Assembly (NCBI GenBank): GCA_973895155.1
Contig: OZ316897.1
Span: 8,455,832-8,519,831, forward strand
Reading direction: 5' to 3'
Length of the DNA stretch: 64,000 bases
Origin: Marsupella aquatica
Taxonomy: Eukaryota > Plantae > Marchantiophyta
Below the pieces are notes generated by a model. That model had not been told where the DNA came from. It saw only the letters and a program-made list of their open reading frames with translations, and ran no database searches. The position numbers and the translations under genes are program-made. Every line of letters starts with the position of its first letter. Positions within the stretch are counted from its first letter, which is position 1. This document shows positions 51,336-64,000 of this stretch, one piece after another.

Positions 51336-52129
51336 GCAGGAGAGGCCCGATGAAGGAGGCGCCCATCGATTTTATAAGATTGTCACTTGTGTCGTTAGAT
51401 CAAAGCAACTATTTACAGATGCAGTTTCAAAAGATTGTCACTTTGGCAATTTTCAGAAGATTGCAGCTTGTATTTCTCATCTTTGGATTGACAAGAAGCA
51501 ACTACCTATAGACGCGATTTCAGAAGATTGTCACCACTCTTATCTCATTCTTAGATCAAAGTATCTATTGGAAGCATCTACCTACAGGTGCAATTTTTGA
51601 AGATCGCCTGAACACTTTGAAAATACTCTGATAAAAATTGCAAACTCTGACTCTTTGCTCTAGGGATGGAATATTATGTTAGCCGAAAGTAAATGCTAAA
51701 TAATTTTACAATTCATTTGGCAAAACAGATACGTACATTGCAGTTTTTTGGACTTGTGAGCAGAAGAGGTTCCATATAGATACTTTGCCCACTGGTCTAC
51801 CAAATGGAATCAATTCCATTACTTGAAGAGTCCAGGCAGCGAGGATGCAGAGGCCTGCGACAATTTTGCATCTTGTGTGGGTTCTCTTCATTTTTTCTTC
51901 TCGTCTTGCCCATCAATCTCGTTTTCACTCCATCATGTCGTGCTACGGTTTGTGTTTTAGTCTTTAAAAAATCTGCAACAGGGTCTCACAAGAGAGCAAA
52001 ACACATGATTGGCTCCATGGGTGTCTCTTATTTCAAGGTTTGTGAGTCAGTGTTCCCTATTCTTGAGTTCTGTCCTCCTTGCGGGTATTTGACTTTGCTT
52101 ATGCTCTTGTTGTAGTGTTTTTTCATCAT

Positions 52130-53090
52130 TGACCAGTCCACGAGCACTGCTTCTAGTAGCTGAGCTGCTGAAAAAGGCTAGACTCTGGGTTTGGTTTCAG
52201 AATACTGAGCCAGTTATAATAGATCCGGGGAAGCTCAAATTGTGTCAGACTTTCTCAAGATTGTTAAGAAAGAGTTGTCTTCTAGCACAGATCCCTATGG
52301 TGTTTTGGAACTCATTCTGGTCAAGCCTAATGGTGAGAAAGCTTTGGCAAAGGATGATATTGAATCATTGTTGAGCATTGTTTCTTATGATGCACCTTTG
52401 TCTCTTGCACCAGTAGAAAAACCAGTAATCAAGAAAACAATATACATATGTGAGTGTTGAACTGCTGCCTTTGCAGACTTTTACACATACAGCAATTGAC
52501 TCTAATGCATTTTGGAGAATAAGGGCTCTGCCCTCATCAATGTTACTGAGCCAATAAAAGAGTAACAAAATTCAAGCACCTTGTAGATGGAGGTAAGTAT
52601 TATATTTACTCACGATATGAGATAGCAATGCTTGATGAGGTCCGTTGGCAGCAACGAGAGGACCAGGCAATGGAGATAGAGGTTGCACGTGCTCTCAAGG
52701 CATTTTTGTTGCAAGAGATTGGAAAGTCAGTGGTGTCCCTGGCAACTGACCTGGCACACCCAGGTGGCATTGTTGCACAGGAATGAGAGACAATTTTCCG
52801 AGTTGGGACGCTATTTATTTGTGTGAAGTGAAGCATGATATAAGTTTTGAAAATTAAAGGAGTTTCCCCAACGTATTGAGAAATTCTGTGACCTGCTGCC
52901 TTTGTTACCTGCTGACTACTATTTTGGAGTGAACCGGGTGGTGGGTGAGGCCTGTGGGATGTGGTTTCCACCTCTTGTCCAATAAGAGGCTCAGCGCTTG
53001 GGATTGATATGTGTATACCATTTGGGGATGCAATATTCAGTAGAGGAGGGGCCTCTCTCTGACTTTATTATCCTATGGCTAGTTGATTTC
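52130..53090 (+). pseudogene. Crinkler-like / PD-(D/E)xK restriction-endonuclease-fold pseudogene
   Basis: Reading across frameshifts and stops gives an N-terminal 'LWVWFQNTEPVII..VSDFLKIVKKEL..LELILVKP'. The C-terminal part reads 'GGIVAQE*ETIFRVG/DAIYLCEVKHD' and 'KEFPQRIEKF..RVVGEACGMWFPPLVQ*EAQRLGLICVY'. Confidence 0.5.
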
Positions 53091-56000
53091 ATCGGAATAG
53101 AATAGATTGAGGATGCAATCCAACTTATGATCAAGTATGAGAGCTATGATCGATGGAGTGCTAAGGAGAAAGGTCCTAGACCAGATTTGATACTTTGTTT
53201 CTAAAGGTGTTTTCATAGAGACTTTCTGTCCTGTTCCTATGCACAATTGTTCATAAGCCTTTTCATTTGACATGTTTAAGCCCCAAACCTTCCAAACCCC
53301 ACTTCTGTCCTTGCTTGTGTCCCAATTGCACTACACCCACAAACCTCCTTGACTCTTCCTTAACCTCATCACAAAAGTGGATTGTATATCCATTTGTAAT
53401 CCAAATTTGTTAGTGTAATAAATGTATATCAAACTGACAACTGTTTTGGATATTGACTTCCATTTTGCATTATATGCATATATCCTTAATGTCAATGTGA
53501 TTGTATATCCAATATTTTAGGTGAACATTATTGACCAGGTGTCATAGAAATGATATCAACAAGATGTAAAAATTTCCACTAGTCATACAAAATCAACTAT
53601 ACACCAAAATAATCCAAAATGTTTTTTGTGCCTCCCAAGCCCCCACAATACTGTCTTAGTGCCCTCGTTGACTCATTTTCAAAATGGGGTTTTAAGGTCT
53701 TGGTCAATTGATGTCCAATAAACTGATAAAATGTATTCAACCACTTAATGAAGGTCCATGAAATCTTGCAATAATCTAAATAGTTCTGCAACCAATTTTG
53801 GGACCTGTGATCAAGGAATTGAACAGATGGTCTGCAATTGCAGACACTTGAAATAATCTAACCCTTCCATTATTTACAATCTTACAAAACCTTAAAGTGG
53901 TGGATTCCTTGTTAAGAAACATCAAAACAGTCAGTAGTAGAAACCTATCTTTAATCCCAACCAGTTAAAATACTTTTAAAGAGTCTTTCCTTCTTTCACC
54001 TTCCAAGCCCACCTGCATCCCACTCGATCCCGCTCTTCCCATGGTAGATCGTCCTCTCTGTGTCATTTTTGCCACAATTAATTGTTTTCATCTGATTAGG
54101 AATTCCTTCTTCCCTTGTATTTTTGTCAAAGCTCTCCTGCCCCTGGACTTCCTATTCATCTTGTCTCTTCATTTCTTCTTCCCTTTCATCACTTCTCTTC
54201 AAGGAGCTACTATTTACGATGAATAATAGGGACATTTTTTAGAGTAGGCAAGGAATTTGTTTAGAGTAGGCAAGGAATAATAGGGACAGACCCACAAGTA
54301 TATGAACTTACTTGAGTTCACATGGTGGGTCACCGGCCTGTTTCCACTGACTTCACTTCAGTCTACCTAGATGCCTCCGGCCTGCCTTCTTACTTTGCAA
54401 TCTCATTCCTGATGCAGGGTTACCAGGTCATTATGCCTTGCTGTCAAATAAATTACTCTCGAGACAGAAAAAAACTTACTGGCCTTCTCTCATTTCCTTT
54501 TCTGTTTCCTTCACACTTCACTTCTTTTCCTTTTCTCCCCTTCTTCTCTTGGTTTGTTTCTTGAGGGTTTGGTACCCTTTGGATTGAATTTTCACCTCCT
54601 TTTCTTTTATTATGGCTCTCTCTCCCATTCTTCTCTCATATACAAGACACTGCCAAAGAACAAAAAGTGCCAAACCCGGAGACAAGATCCCAAAGGGCAG
54701 GATACCCACTTAAGGGGAGAGAACAAGGGGGAGACCCCAGGACGATCAAAGAGCCCAAAAGTCTGCTAGTTTCACACAATGGCAAAGGGACTTAAGCCCT
54801 CCTCAGCAGTAAACTGAAAAGCCTAGTAAAGCTCAAGAGAAAACTGCATAGGCGATTCATGAAGTAGAATTTGTCTAGAGACCCTATAACCAATAGCCTC
54901 GGCCCTCTGCAGGATAGTGAATGTCTGAGCCCTTTATAGTGCAACATACACCCATTGTCTAAAGAAGGCAATGAGGACAAAAACTGAGGGATAAGGCCCT
55001 CACTTGATTGTAAAAGATTGCACATGAGTGTAGAAAACGATCAAAGGTAGGGTGTAGAGCCTCAAAGAGCTCCAAAAGGACAGTAAAACAAGTTTCTAGG
55101 GTGGCAGGCAATATATGTTTCTCACTTAAAGTGCTTGCCTTGGTTGCAGACTGGCCAGGTAAATGGACAGCAACTGCAACATGGCTCCCTTCTACCTGCT
55201 TTCTGTGTTGGCTTTCCCCTACCCATTTGATACCAGTTCATGCACTCCGCATGTTCCCTTGTGACTAGTGTGATTCTGAGTTTGAAGGGAAAAGTTGACC
55301 ATCCTAGTCTTGGGTCATGCACTTTCCATGCCTCTCACAGCTACAGGTCATGCAGTCTACATGCCCATCCCTGTCCATACTTCCAAATCATCCAGTTTAC
55401 ATGTGTGCCTGCCAAGCAATTCCACTCGTTCCCACTATACACTCATGCAATTTACATGTGTGCCTTCCAAGCAATTCCACTTGTTCCCACCTTACACTGT
55501 CCAAATCTCTACATCAGTCTGGAGCTTCTCTAACAATACCATGAGAACAATAGTTTGGAGGAATTGGAGTCCGGCGCTCAATGTGACCTTGCAGTGAAGG
55601 TAGGCTGGAAACATGTGTGGGCACTTCCAGAAAAGGTTTTTCTTTTGGGGGGAAATCAAATTCCAGACAAGAAACCCTAAATGACGGTATATGAGGCAAA
55701 TTGGCCCCCCAAAACGGTGTCACCTGTTGAAATAGGTTGTGCAAATACATGTTTGGGCTCGGCATCAGTGAAATACAGGGAGAACTAGACTGAGAAAACC
55801 TTGTGGCCCAAACAAATTAAGGTGGCCACATTCTAAAGTCTGGAAGCAAGTAAAAAATAATAATTTACCCATTTCACCCTTTTCTAGAAAGGCACATTTT
55901 GAGACTGGATGCCAAATTTCTTTAGTTGTACTATTTTTGGGGGGAAACCTGGTTACCAGTAGGGTCCAAATTCGTCACAGATGGGTAATTGAAGACCTGA

Positions 56001-59000
56001 AGCGTTGTGAATAACTGATCCCAATGTCAGTAGACTGTGACTAAAAGTTTCCTGCACGAGCGTTGTTATTGAGCTGTGTGAAAACTCAAATTAGTTTGCT
56101 ACAGAAAGATGCTTCCAATGAAAGATTTGGTAGACTGGGGTCTGGCTAGAACGCTGGTTAGCTACGCATGAGCAAGCATTCAACCTTCTATCGACAGATC
56201 GACTCCTTACGCTTTAATTTTGGACTGCTTGCTGCATCGAGCCTCGTGCTGGATGCATTCAAATTTCTCTCGCTTGAGTCAGGCTGCATCGAATTCTAAT
56301 CAAATTTCTGTTCATTCTTGTGAACACTACAAGCTTTTGTCAATTTCAAAGCAAACCCTCAACCTTTAAGTAAACCCAGAAGATCACTCGATTCACCAGA
56401 GATTACACTGGGCCTTTGAAGTGAATCGATTGAGGGCACAAATAGATTTCTGTCGCTTGAGTCATTCCAATCGAAATTCTGCAAGCTCAAGAATTTCTAC
56501 GGTTTCCGTGAGCACTACAATGAAATTGGCAACAGCTAATTTCTAAGCAAACTGAAGCCCAGAATTTTGCTCGAAATCGTGAGAACTTCACCAGACATTA
56601 CACTTTGGCCTTGGATGTGAATCAAGTGAGGACACAATCAAAATACAATCGAAATTCTGAGTACTGTAATGAAATAGGCTTTGCTATATGCCAGTTTCAA
56701 AGCAACCGAAATCACAGAATTTTGCTCGATATCGAAATAGAATCAAACTGAATCGATCCGATGCGTCTGGTGAAATCAGGTGGACTTTTGGAATCCTTCA
56801 CAAGTGTTGAAGTCTTGACGGATGTTCTGAAACTCTGCCTCAATAAATGGGTGATAAAGCTCAAGACTGCATTCGTGTTTCGCTCCTCCTTTCCGAAAAG
56901 AAAATTCAAGCCTTTCTTTCCTGGTGCGTGGGCCCCAAAAGACGCTTAACTAATTTAGCACTACTGGGAAAGAAAAAGCACAACAGTCCCGAAATGGACA
57001 CTGTATACGGTTACGTATATCAGATTGTGTAAGTACGGCATGCCCTGACCCAAAGAGACGGAGACGCGTGTTGACAAAACGAAACAGTCACCTTATTGGT
57101 CAGAGAGAAGTTTACCCAAGTACTGTAGATCAGGTTACTAGGGGTAGGTCGTAAAACCCCTTCAATTGACTGGTGTTACTTTGATGAGTCCAGTCAAGGT
57201 CGCGGAGCATATTTTAGTAAACCGCCACTGGCCATATATAAAGGGGAAGTGTCCAATATTTCTCCATTTTTCCTCTCACTTTTCTCCTCTACCATGCCAG
57301 TCCAAAAAAATTAATTTTAATGGTGAAACCTGGTGGATTAAAAGCTTGTGGTGGTTTAATTAAGATTAGCCCAAGTACCAGTTTACATACATGTACAGGA
57401 AGGGTTTTTCCACCCAGACTCTCTAAGCCCATCCCTACTCACGAACATTATCTACCAGAGCAATTATTGTCAATGGTTTCACTCTATGGAGTAATTTATG
57501 AATGGTAGATCATGATCACAAATTATAGTATAGATTTGGGAAATGAAGTGCTCACTTATTGTCTCAATTAGCCTGGCACAGGTGTTGTTGGGGCCATGTC
57601 ATTGTCATGAAAATGTGATCTAGATGGACTATTGATGCAAGTGTGGGAGGAAAAGCAGAAGTTATGCAAATGGTGACAAAGTTGGAGGCTGGGTGGGGGT
57701 CAGGCTCCACGCCTAAACCACCCAAGGCATGGCAAGGTGGTAATCCAAGGCATGGCAAGGTTGTTGATTACCACAGTTACAGAAATCACAGTTAGATAGC
57801 CCATTTAGATATTTGAGGGCTTCAGATTCAAAGTACAAGAAGCGTGACAGTGAGTAAATTACTCCATGTACAACATACAGGGCACCCATCTCCCAGGCCA
57901 TCTCCTTGCAGGTAGCCATGAAGATACAGGGCATCAAAGCAAAATGGTGGGTTTTTTTGGTCCTCTTAAACCTTGGGAGATTTAATACTCATACATGAAT
58001 CTAAGAAATTTAGATTAGGATTATTCCTGACATTACCCTTGAAATGATGCTCCCATTGGAGGAGCCTGTGAACCATGAAATGCTCCATATTGACGGTGAC
58101 ACCGTTTAGGGTAAACCCACCTTCATCATTGACACCCTGCTTGTTTCCAAAAGTTTTTAACAACAGGGTTGACCTTCAATATCTCCTTTGGAATCCTACA
58201 AAATCTACTCTTTTTGGGCTGGTCATAAGCTGTTTGGAAAGATCTTTCCAATTAGTCTAACATGTCTCAATTTAAAAGATCATTCCATCATTCACTTCCA
58301 CAGTCTGAGTTCTCAAAGTTTTTGAGCAGCTGACTCTAGCATTCTGTCTCTCCCCAAACATCCCATGGAATCTGAATTTTGTTGTTTTGTTAAATAGAGA
58401 TTGGAAGGATGTTTCCCACTACCAAAGAACTGCCATTTTTAATAGAAAAATTGAGAGACATACAAATTTGCAAATCCCTTTCTCTCATTTTCTTTTCTGC
58501 ATTTTCACTCATAAACGTAATATTAATGTTATATGAGCAAGAAAAGAGAGTTTTGCTTTAGTCCATTTCCCTTGTATCGAAGCATCTTGGCAAAAATGGA
58601 GGTTTATCTAGACTTCGATCAAGCAAATACCTCTAAAAAGTATCATTCACAGGTAACGCCTGACATACTGTAAAACATTGCTGGTCCAAGATCCTCTTGG
58701 TGAGAACGCGTGGGACATAATGATGATTTCCGACACTAATTAATTTCGACACTCTAGTCCCCGACCATAGTCTTAAATGACCTCTCTGCCAAAGCTGCAA
58801 GCAGACCCGATTCCTTGCTGACAAACAAATGAGTGGTGTTAATTTAGGCAAAACACTGCTGGATTGGCTTCCTTATAGTAAATTGAGATTCGAGTTCATT
58901 AGCTGCTCTACAGTCAACACAAATTTGCAATAATCACCGTACATTTGAACTCGAGAGTCAGTCAAATGGATAGTCAGTCAGTTTGTAGGACAATAACTAT

Positions 59001-60312
59001 GCAACAATAAGCATCAATGTATCAATGAAGACAAACTCTCTTACTGTGCATCCCAGAAGTTATTATCCAACAAGTTGACCGATGATATCTTCTCACTAGC
59101 CCTGACTTGTGTAACGATTAGGCTAATGAATGGAGTCCCACGAAGTGACTTTATTGATTGCTGATTTGGAACTTTTGTTTGTTATCGTTCACTGAGAAAA
59201 GCTGCCCACAACTGGAGCCTTCACCTTATTATAGGCCGACATTATTATTCTTGTGACCTTTTGGATTTCAGAAACAAACAAGGTCGAAACGTTCTTTTCC
59301 TATAATAGGAGATTAAGAGGATGCTGGCACTGGACAGGATTCTGGTCAACGAATCTTTTTCTCCTTCGGAAATAGATAGAGTAAAGGTAAGTAATTAGCT
59401 AGAGAGAGAGAGAGAAAAAAAGTAATTATTATGTTACGTGGGTCGTGTGAACAGGTTTCAAGTTGAAGCCCAGATGGACTTCAATTGCAAACCCAGATGG
59501 ACTTTTATAGTTGAGATAGACTCCAACAAAACTCCCTTTTCTGATTAGATGATACATACTGCACAAGAGAATGAAACATAAACCGAAAACAAGAGTAGTT
59601 TTTCCATGCACCCTAACCAACTAAACAGTGTTAATTTTTGGTACACTTGTGCATTTGTTTAGAAACTTCTGATTTTTGTGTAATCTCAAAATTTCCAGCA
59701 TGTTCTCTCATGTCCAATCTATTACCTCACTTAGTTTGAGATTTTTTTGAGATCTTTGACCCTGTTTTATATGAGCACAAAAATTGTCAGATATTTTAAA
59801 CCAACTACCAACTGACTCTTCAATTTTATGAAGGAGACTAAGTAATTCGGGCATGAGCGGCAGATTACCACTTTTGGGAAGGATGCCTCATTTTTGTGAA
59901 GGAAGTCCTAAGTATTTGGGCATGCAAGATAATTATTAACTCTTACATGGTTTACTAACAAGATAATGCTAGTAACACTAACTTTGGTTAAGATGATTGA
60001 ATCCAAAGTAACATTATTTCTTAACAATTATTCTTTCCCACTTTTCTTTAAAGTGCTAGTGAAACATGGGTGATTTTGAGTAAATGAACACTACTATCTT
60101 GTGGATTTATTTTTTGAAAATATTTTTCCAGTCTTGAAGCCTGAAAAATTAGTGTTCTGAGAGAATTAGTGCAAGTAACACTAAGTCATGGTACAGCCCA
60201 AAAGTTTATGCCCTCAAATTAGTGTAAGTCGAGGTGTAAGTAACAGTACATATCCTGCCCCCAAAAGTGGTCAAAATCATTCATCTGCTCCAAAAAATAA
60301 TTTGATTAATTT

Positions 60313-63300
60313 TGAGGAATGATGCGAGAAATGATAATGAGATTCCTCTCTATAGAATGAATGGGTGCATCTCTATATATAGTCTCCGTCCGAGTTATCC
60401 TATACGGTAACTATGGTTAAGGTAACCATGGAGTCTAGTTAGGGTATAACACTCCCCCTTGGCTATATAGTGATAACTATGTAGACAAAAAGTCTTCTAA
60501 CTAGATTATCATGCTTATAAACATGGCATGATTTGAGTACAAATGAGGAAGGTACTGCCTAGTTAAAACCTTTAACAGCTCTAAAAAACTCTATCAGGGT
60601 AACAGAGAAAAAAAAAATCTCGACTCTAAAGGAAAAAGAGTACAGCCCTGTTGGTCCTCAAGTGAATCCGGTGGTATGTGGAGTTAACAGCAACAACTCC
60701 ACTCCGTCAAAATGAACAAGTTGTCGTATCCTCAACGACTCAACAACAACGCGACATGTCTCCAAATCGCTCACCATCGCGTATACATCCGCACATACAT
60801 CCTCGCATCGAATACAAATTAAAACATATATGAAAAAAATGGTTAGTAATTAAGTTATTATCATAAAATCACTTGTCCGTGGCTCATCTGTGCAAAGTGT
60901 AAAGTATAATAATAAATAATGTCATCTCGTGCAACTGAGTGCGTAAAGTATGGGATGTAAAAAGTCCAAAAAATATGATCTCCCCCTCAAAACAAGGTTT
61001 CGAGGAATATATTATTCTCGTAAAACTCAAATATCAAAACTCTCCCTTAGAGTTCAAGGACTCCTAATTAGATTCTTAAATAGAGGGTTCTTGTGCAAAA
61101 TGCACAATTCGCAAGCGTGTGTAGTCGACACACAAAGAAATCTCTCAATCTTAGATTTCAAAAACATGTAGTATCAAATAGTTTTTATATGAAAAATAAT
61201 CTGCAGCACCAAAAGGTGTGTGTATAATATGGCACGTCTGCCCTGCACGTCTGCAGTTCTCATATTTTGATAAAAAGTGTCAAGTCAATATAACTTCACA
61301 AATAACCCTGTGGAATCCAAACATTCAGTCGAACGTCCATGTGTGTCATAGCACAGAAAAATGCTAGCTCAAAATGATTCGCTATCTTGCGGAGTAAAGT
61401 GATATTCATAAACGTCAAACAACTCCGCATAAAAGTAGTTTAGAGCTAGTGATAGTCAAAAGATCCCACTTAATGACCAAGTACCAAAATTTTCTCGTAG
61501 TGGGTAAATCAAGTGTGATTGGGGTTTGAGAAAATAAACTTTCTCCCCCTAAATATGCATTTTATGCATATATTATAGTTGAAAGCTAGAATTAAGTTGG
61601 ACCGGACAAAGTTATGGGGTTTGCCCATATTAACCCCTCATTACCCATTTTGATTTGAGTTTACTTCGGGTTTCTAAATATTTGCAGTTAAACCCCTAAA
61701 GGGTTATTGATTATCCGCTTTTGGATATGGCCGGAAACTAAGGTCATGGAACTAACCTGAAGTACTGTACCTTAGATTATTCTGGATCTTTCGTGAGAAA
61801 CATATCTGCCATCGATCACTGGATCTCAGAAAATCTATACCTTATCAAAATACCTCAAAAACTAGGTCATAGAGCGTGGTTAAAGGTATGGTATTAGTTC
61901 CATACTTAAAAACTATCATCCCACCGAACAATGGCTATAAAAGCTCTTGTTTGAGTTGTTTATGGTGTAAAGGCCATGAAGATAAGACCCTTAAGTAAGA
62001 TATTGCCCTAATGTAGGGTGTAAATGGGTGTAAACCCATGTCAATCGGTGTAAAAGTTGTAAATGGACAATTTACACACAAAAAGTGTATGGACCAAAGT
62101 TTACTCCCCCTGATGGTGTAAATTGGTGTAAACCAGTGTAAATGCTATAAGCAAGTGTAATCTGGTGTAACCAGTGTAAACAAGTATAAACCCAATGTAA
62201 AGCATGGGATTATACAATGGTAAGACATACACCAGTGTAAACTGGTGTCATGAGGTATAATCTAGAATGGTATCATTAGGTGTAAACTAGGGGTGTAAAA
62301 TGGTGTAAAAACCATTTTGTGATTGAAATGGGTGTAACAACCACTTTGTAAATGGAAAGTAGAGGTATTTGGTATAAAACCATTATTTCCAATGTGCAAA
62401 GTCAAGTAAGGGTGGTATGACATGTAAATATGTCAAATGCATGTAAAGCATGTGTTGCACATGTAAGGCATGTTGATGTATGCAAATTCAACAAGTGACA
62501 TGTAATTTCCCTAAACCAGTTGATGTGTTTACATGTGTAAACTGTGTAAATTGCTATGTAAATTTGCAATGTGCACTTATCATTTTCCATTTCATTTGTT
62601 TATCCATAAGTGCAAAACATCCGTTGTCAACAAGATTTTCTTTGTTAATATGTGCATATATGGATAGTTTTTCAAAAATGAGGATTTTGCACTGAAACAC
62701 ATGGGATTCTCTTGTCTTTGGATAAGTTCACCCAAGCATTTGTATTTCAGAAACTCTTTACTATACTGTGCATTTAATGAGGGTTGCACTTATCTGGTGT
62801 TTGAGTTTTTCTCGAGGATTTTGAGATCGAATGTTGCATGTTTAAGTCACTCATGTGTGTCTCTTGAAATCTCACTTGTCGCTTTGGCTCATTCTTTGAT
62901 TGCGATCAGCTTCTCAGGCTCATTCTTGGACAAGCACAACATTCCATATTTAGGATTCAGAAAATGCTATCAGATCTAAACCCCACAACGATGACTCGTT
63001 TCTTTCGCTGGATGCCATCTCCCGTACGTTCATAACCAAAGCCAAGATGTTCTTCCTCCACGACATTTGCTTCTATCTTCTCCAATTGGATACGACTGTA
63101 TCAAATGGCTCTTATTGGAATCTTCATTGAATCAGCAAACGACCAATTCAACATCCATGTTTGGCCTCTTGTAATGCCTATACTTCACTCGATCGTGTGT
63201 AATGGGCATTTCCTTTCATCCTTTATGGCTCGCAGATCGACCAACAAGAAATTGTCAGCGGTTGAGAAACATTGTGAAATTCAGGGAAAGAGAAGGCGCC

Positions 63301-64000
63301 TGCGTTCGTCCCTTATGAGGTTAGGGTTTTGAAAAATTTTCTTATGATCCCGATCGGGTCCTGATTTGCTCTCGATCCACCCGGCTTCATTCAAGGCTGT
63401 CTCTGTTTGGCTTCCGGTCTCTGCTCTTCTCTTTCTGCCTCTTGTTAAGGTTGTCAACTCATCGCCTCGAGTGATTTAGGTTGATCTGGCCTGGTTGGGT
63501 AGAAGGAAGCAGTGCGGCTGAACTTGATCTCTCTTGCCTGAGCAGCCATAGCTTTCCACTTGACTCAAATCATTGCCTTGAATATTGCTTTCCCACACGA
63601 TCTTCAGAATCACCCTTCAAACCAAAATTTCTTTTGATCATATCACAGCCTTCATAAGCTTGCTCTCGGCGCGACCACAATGCTACATCCTGTCGTTGCT
63701 TCAACGTGACTCATGTTCTCTTGGTGGTTCAAACTACTAGCCTTCTCACTCCCAATTCAATTCTCCTCCATAACTTGGAAATCCTTAAGAGAACATTCAT
63801 TCATCTTATCATAGCCATAGGGAAATTCCTAAAAAAAATTCATGATCAAGCTCAGCTGGTCTAGAGTCGTGTTGATAACGTGTTGAGGAATGATGCGGGA
63901 AATGATAATGAGATTCCTCTCTATAGAATGAATGGGTGCATCTCTATATATAGTCTCCGTCCGAGTTATCCTATACGGTAACTATGGTTAAGGTAACCAT
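60313..64000 (-). mobile_element. Decayed Copia-type LTR retrotransposon (Bianca-like PBS) running off the window edge
   Basis: LTR 60313-60451 (139 bp, TG...CA on the minus strand) matches 63884-64000 with 1 mismatch in 117 bp. PPT AAGGGGGAG on the minus strand at 60452-60460. PBS-like ACACGTTATCAACACGA on the minus strand at ~63867-63883. The ~3.4-kb interior has no intact gag/pol ORF. Confidence 0.8.
62010..62400. repeat. GGTGTAAA-rich degenerate array nested in the LTR element
   Basis: Dense repeats of (g)gtgtaaa and ccagtgtaaa. Confidence 0.6.

Noticed and set aside
55950-57100. Leader-like region with degenerate ~200-bp repeats, possibly a lncRNA or dead gene
   Set aside because: No spliceable ORF could be assembled and there is no expression evidence.
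57560-58260. Cys/His-containing minus-strand ORF fragments suggesting a SWIM/MULE relic
   Set aside because: Spacing does not fit CxC-xn-CxH and there is no recognisable DDE motif.

Overview
Eukaryotic, intron-containing land-plant DNA. A non-seed plant such as a bryophyte is my inference from gene content and long intron-containing leaders. I reconstructed seven intact genes by hand from splice sites. On the + strand: an OTU deubiquitinase (OTU6/OTLD1-like, 8 exons), a plastid 2Fe-2S ferredoxin-like protein (6 exons) and an intronless 203-aa lipocalin/calycin-like ORF. On the - strand: an intronless GT61 glycosyltransferase, two small conserved plant membrane proteins (94 and 98 aa) that the ORF track misses or shows only in part, and a 5-exon branched-chain aminotransferase of the animal/fungal type. 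The 203-aa ORF resembles filamentous-fungal proteins and is a candidate fungus-to-plant horizontal transfer. There are two probable pseudogenes: a GT61-like relic directly behind the GT61 gene and a Crinkler/PD-(D/E)xK-nuclease-like relic. Mobile DNA includes a non-autonomous Helitron-like family with a CTCG 3' end (one insertion has a paralogous empty site in the window), hAT-, Tourist- and TA-flanked MITEs, and a decayed Copia LTR element with near-identical short LTRs at the right edge. A recurring pattern is an intronless gene sitting close downstream, on the same strand, of a conserved intron-rich gene, which raises the possibility of read-through or polycistronic expression. All family assignments come from motif recognition; no database search was run.
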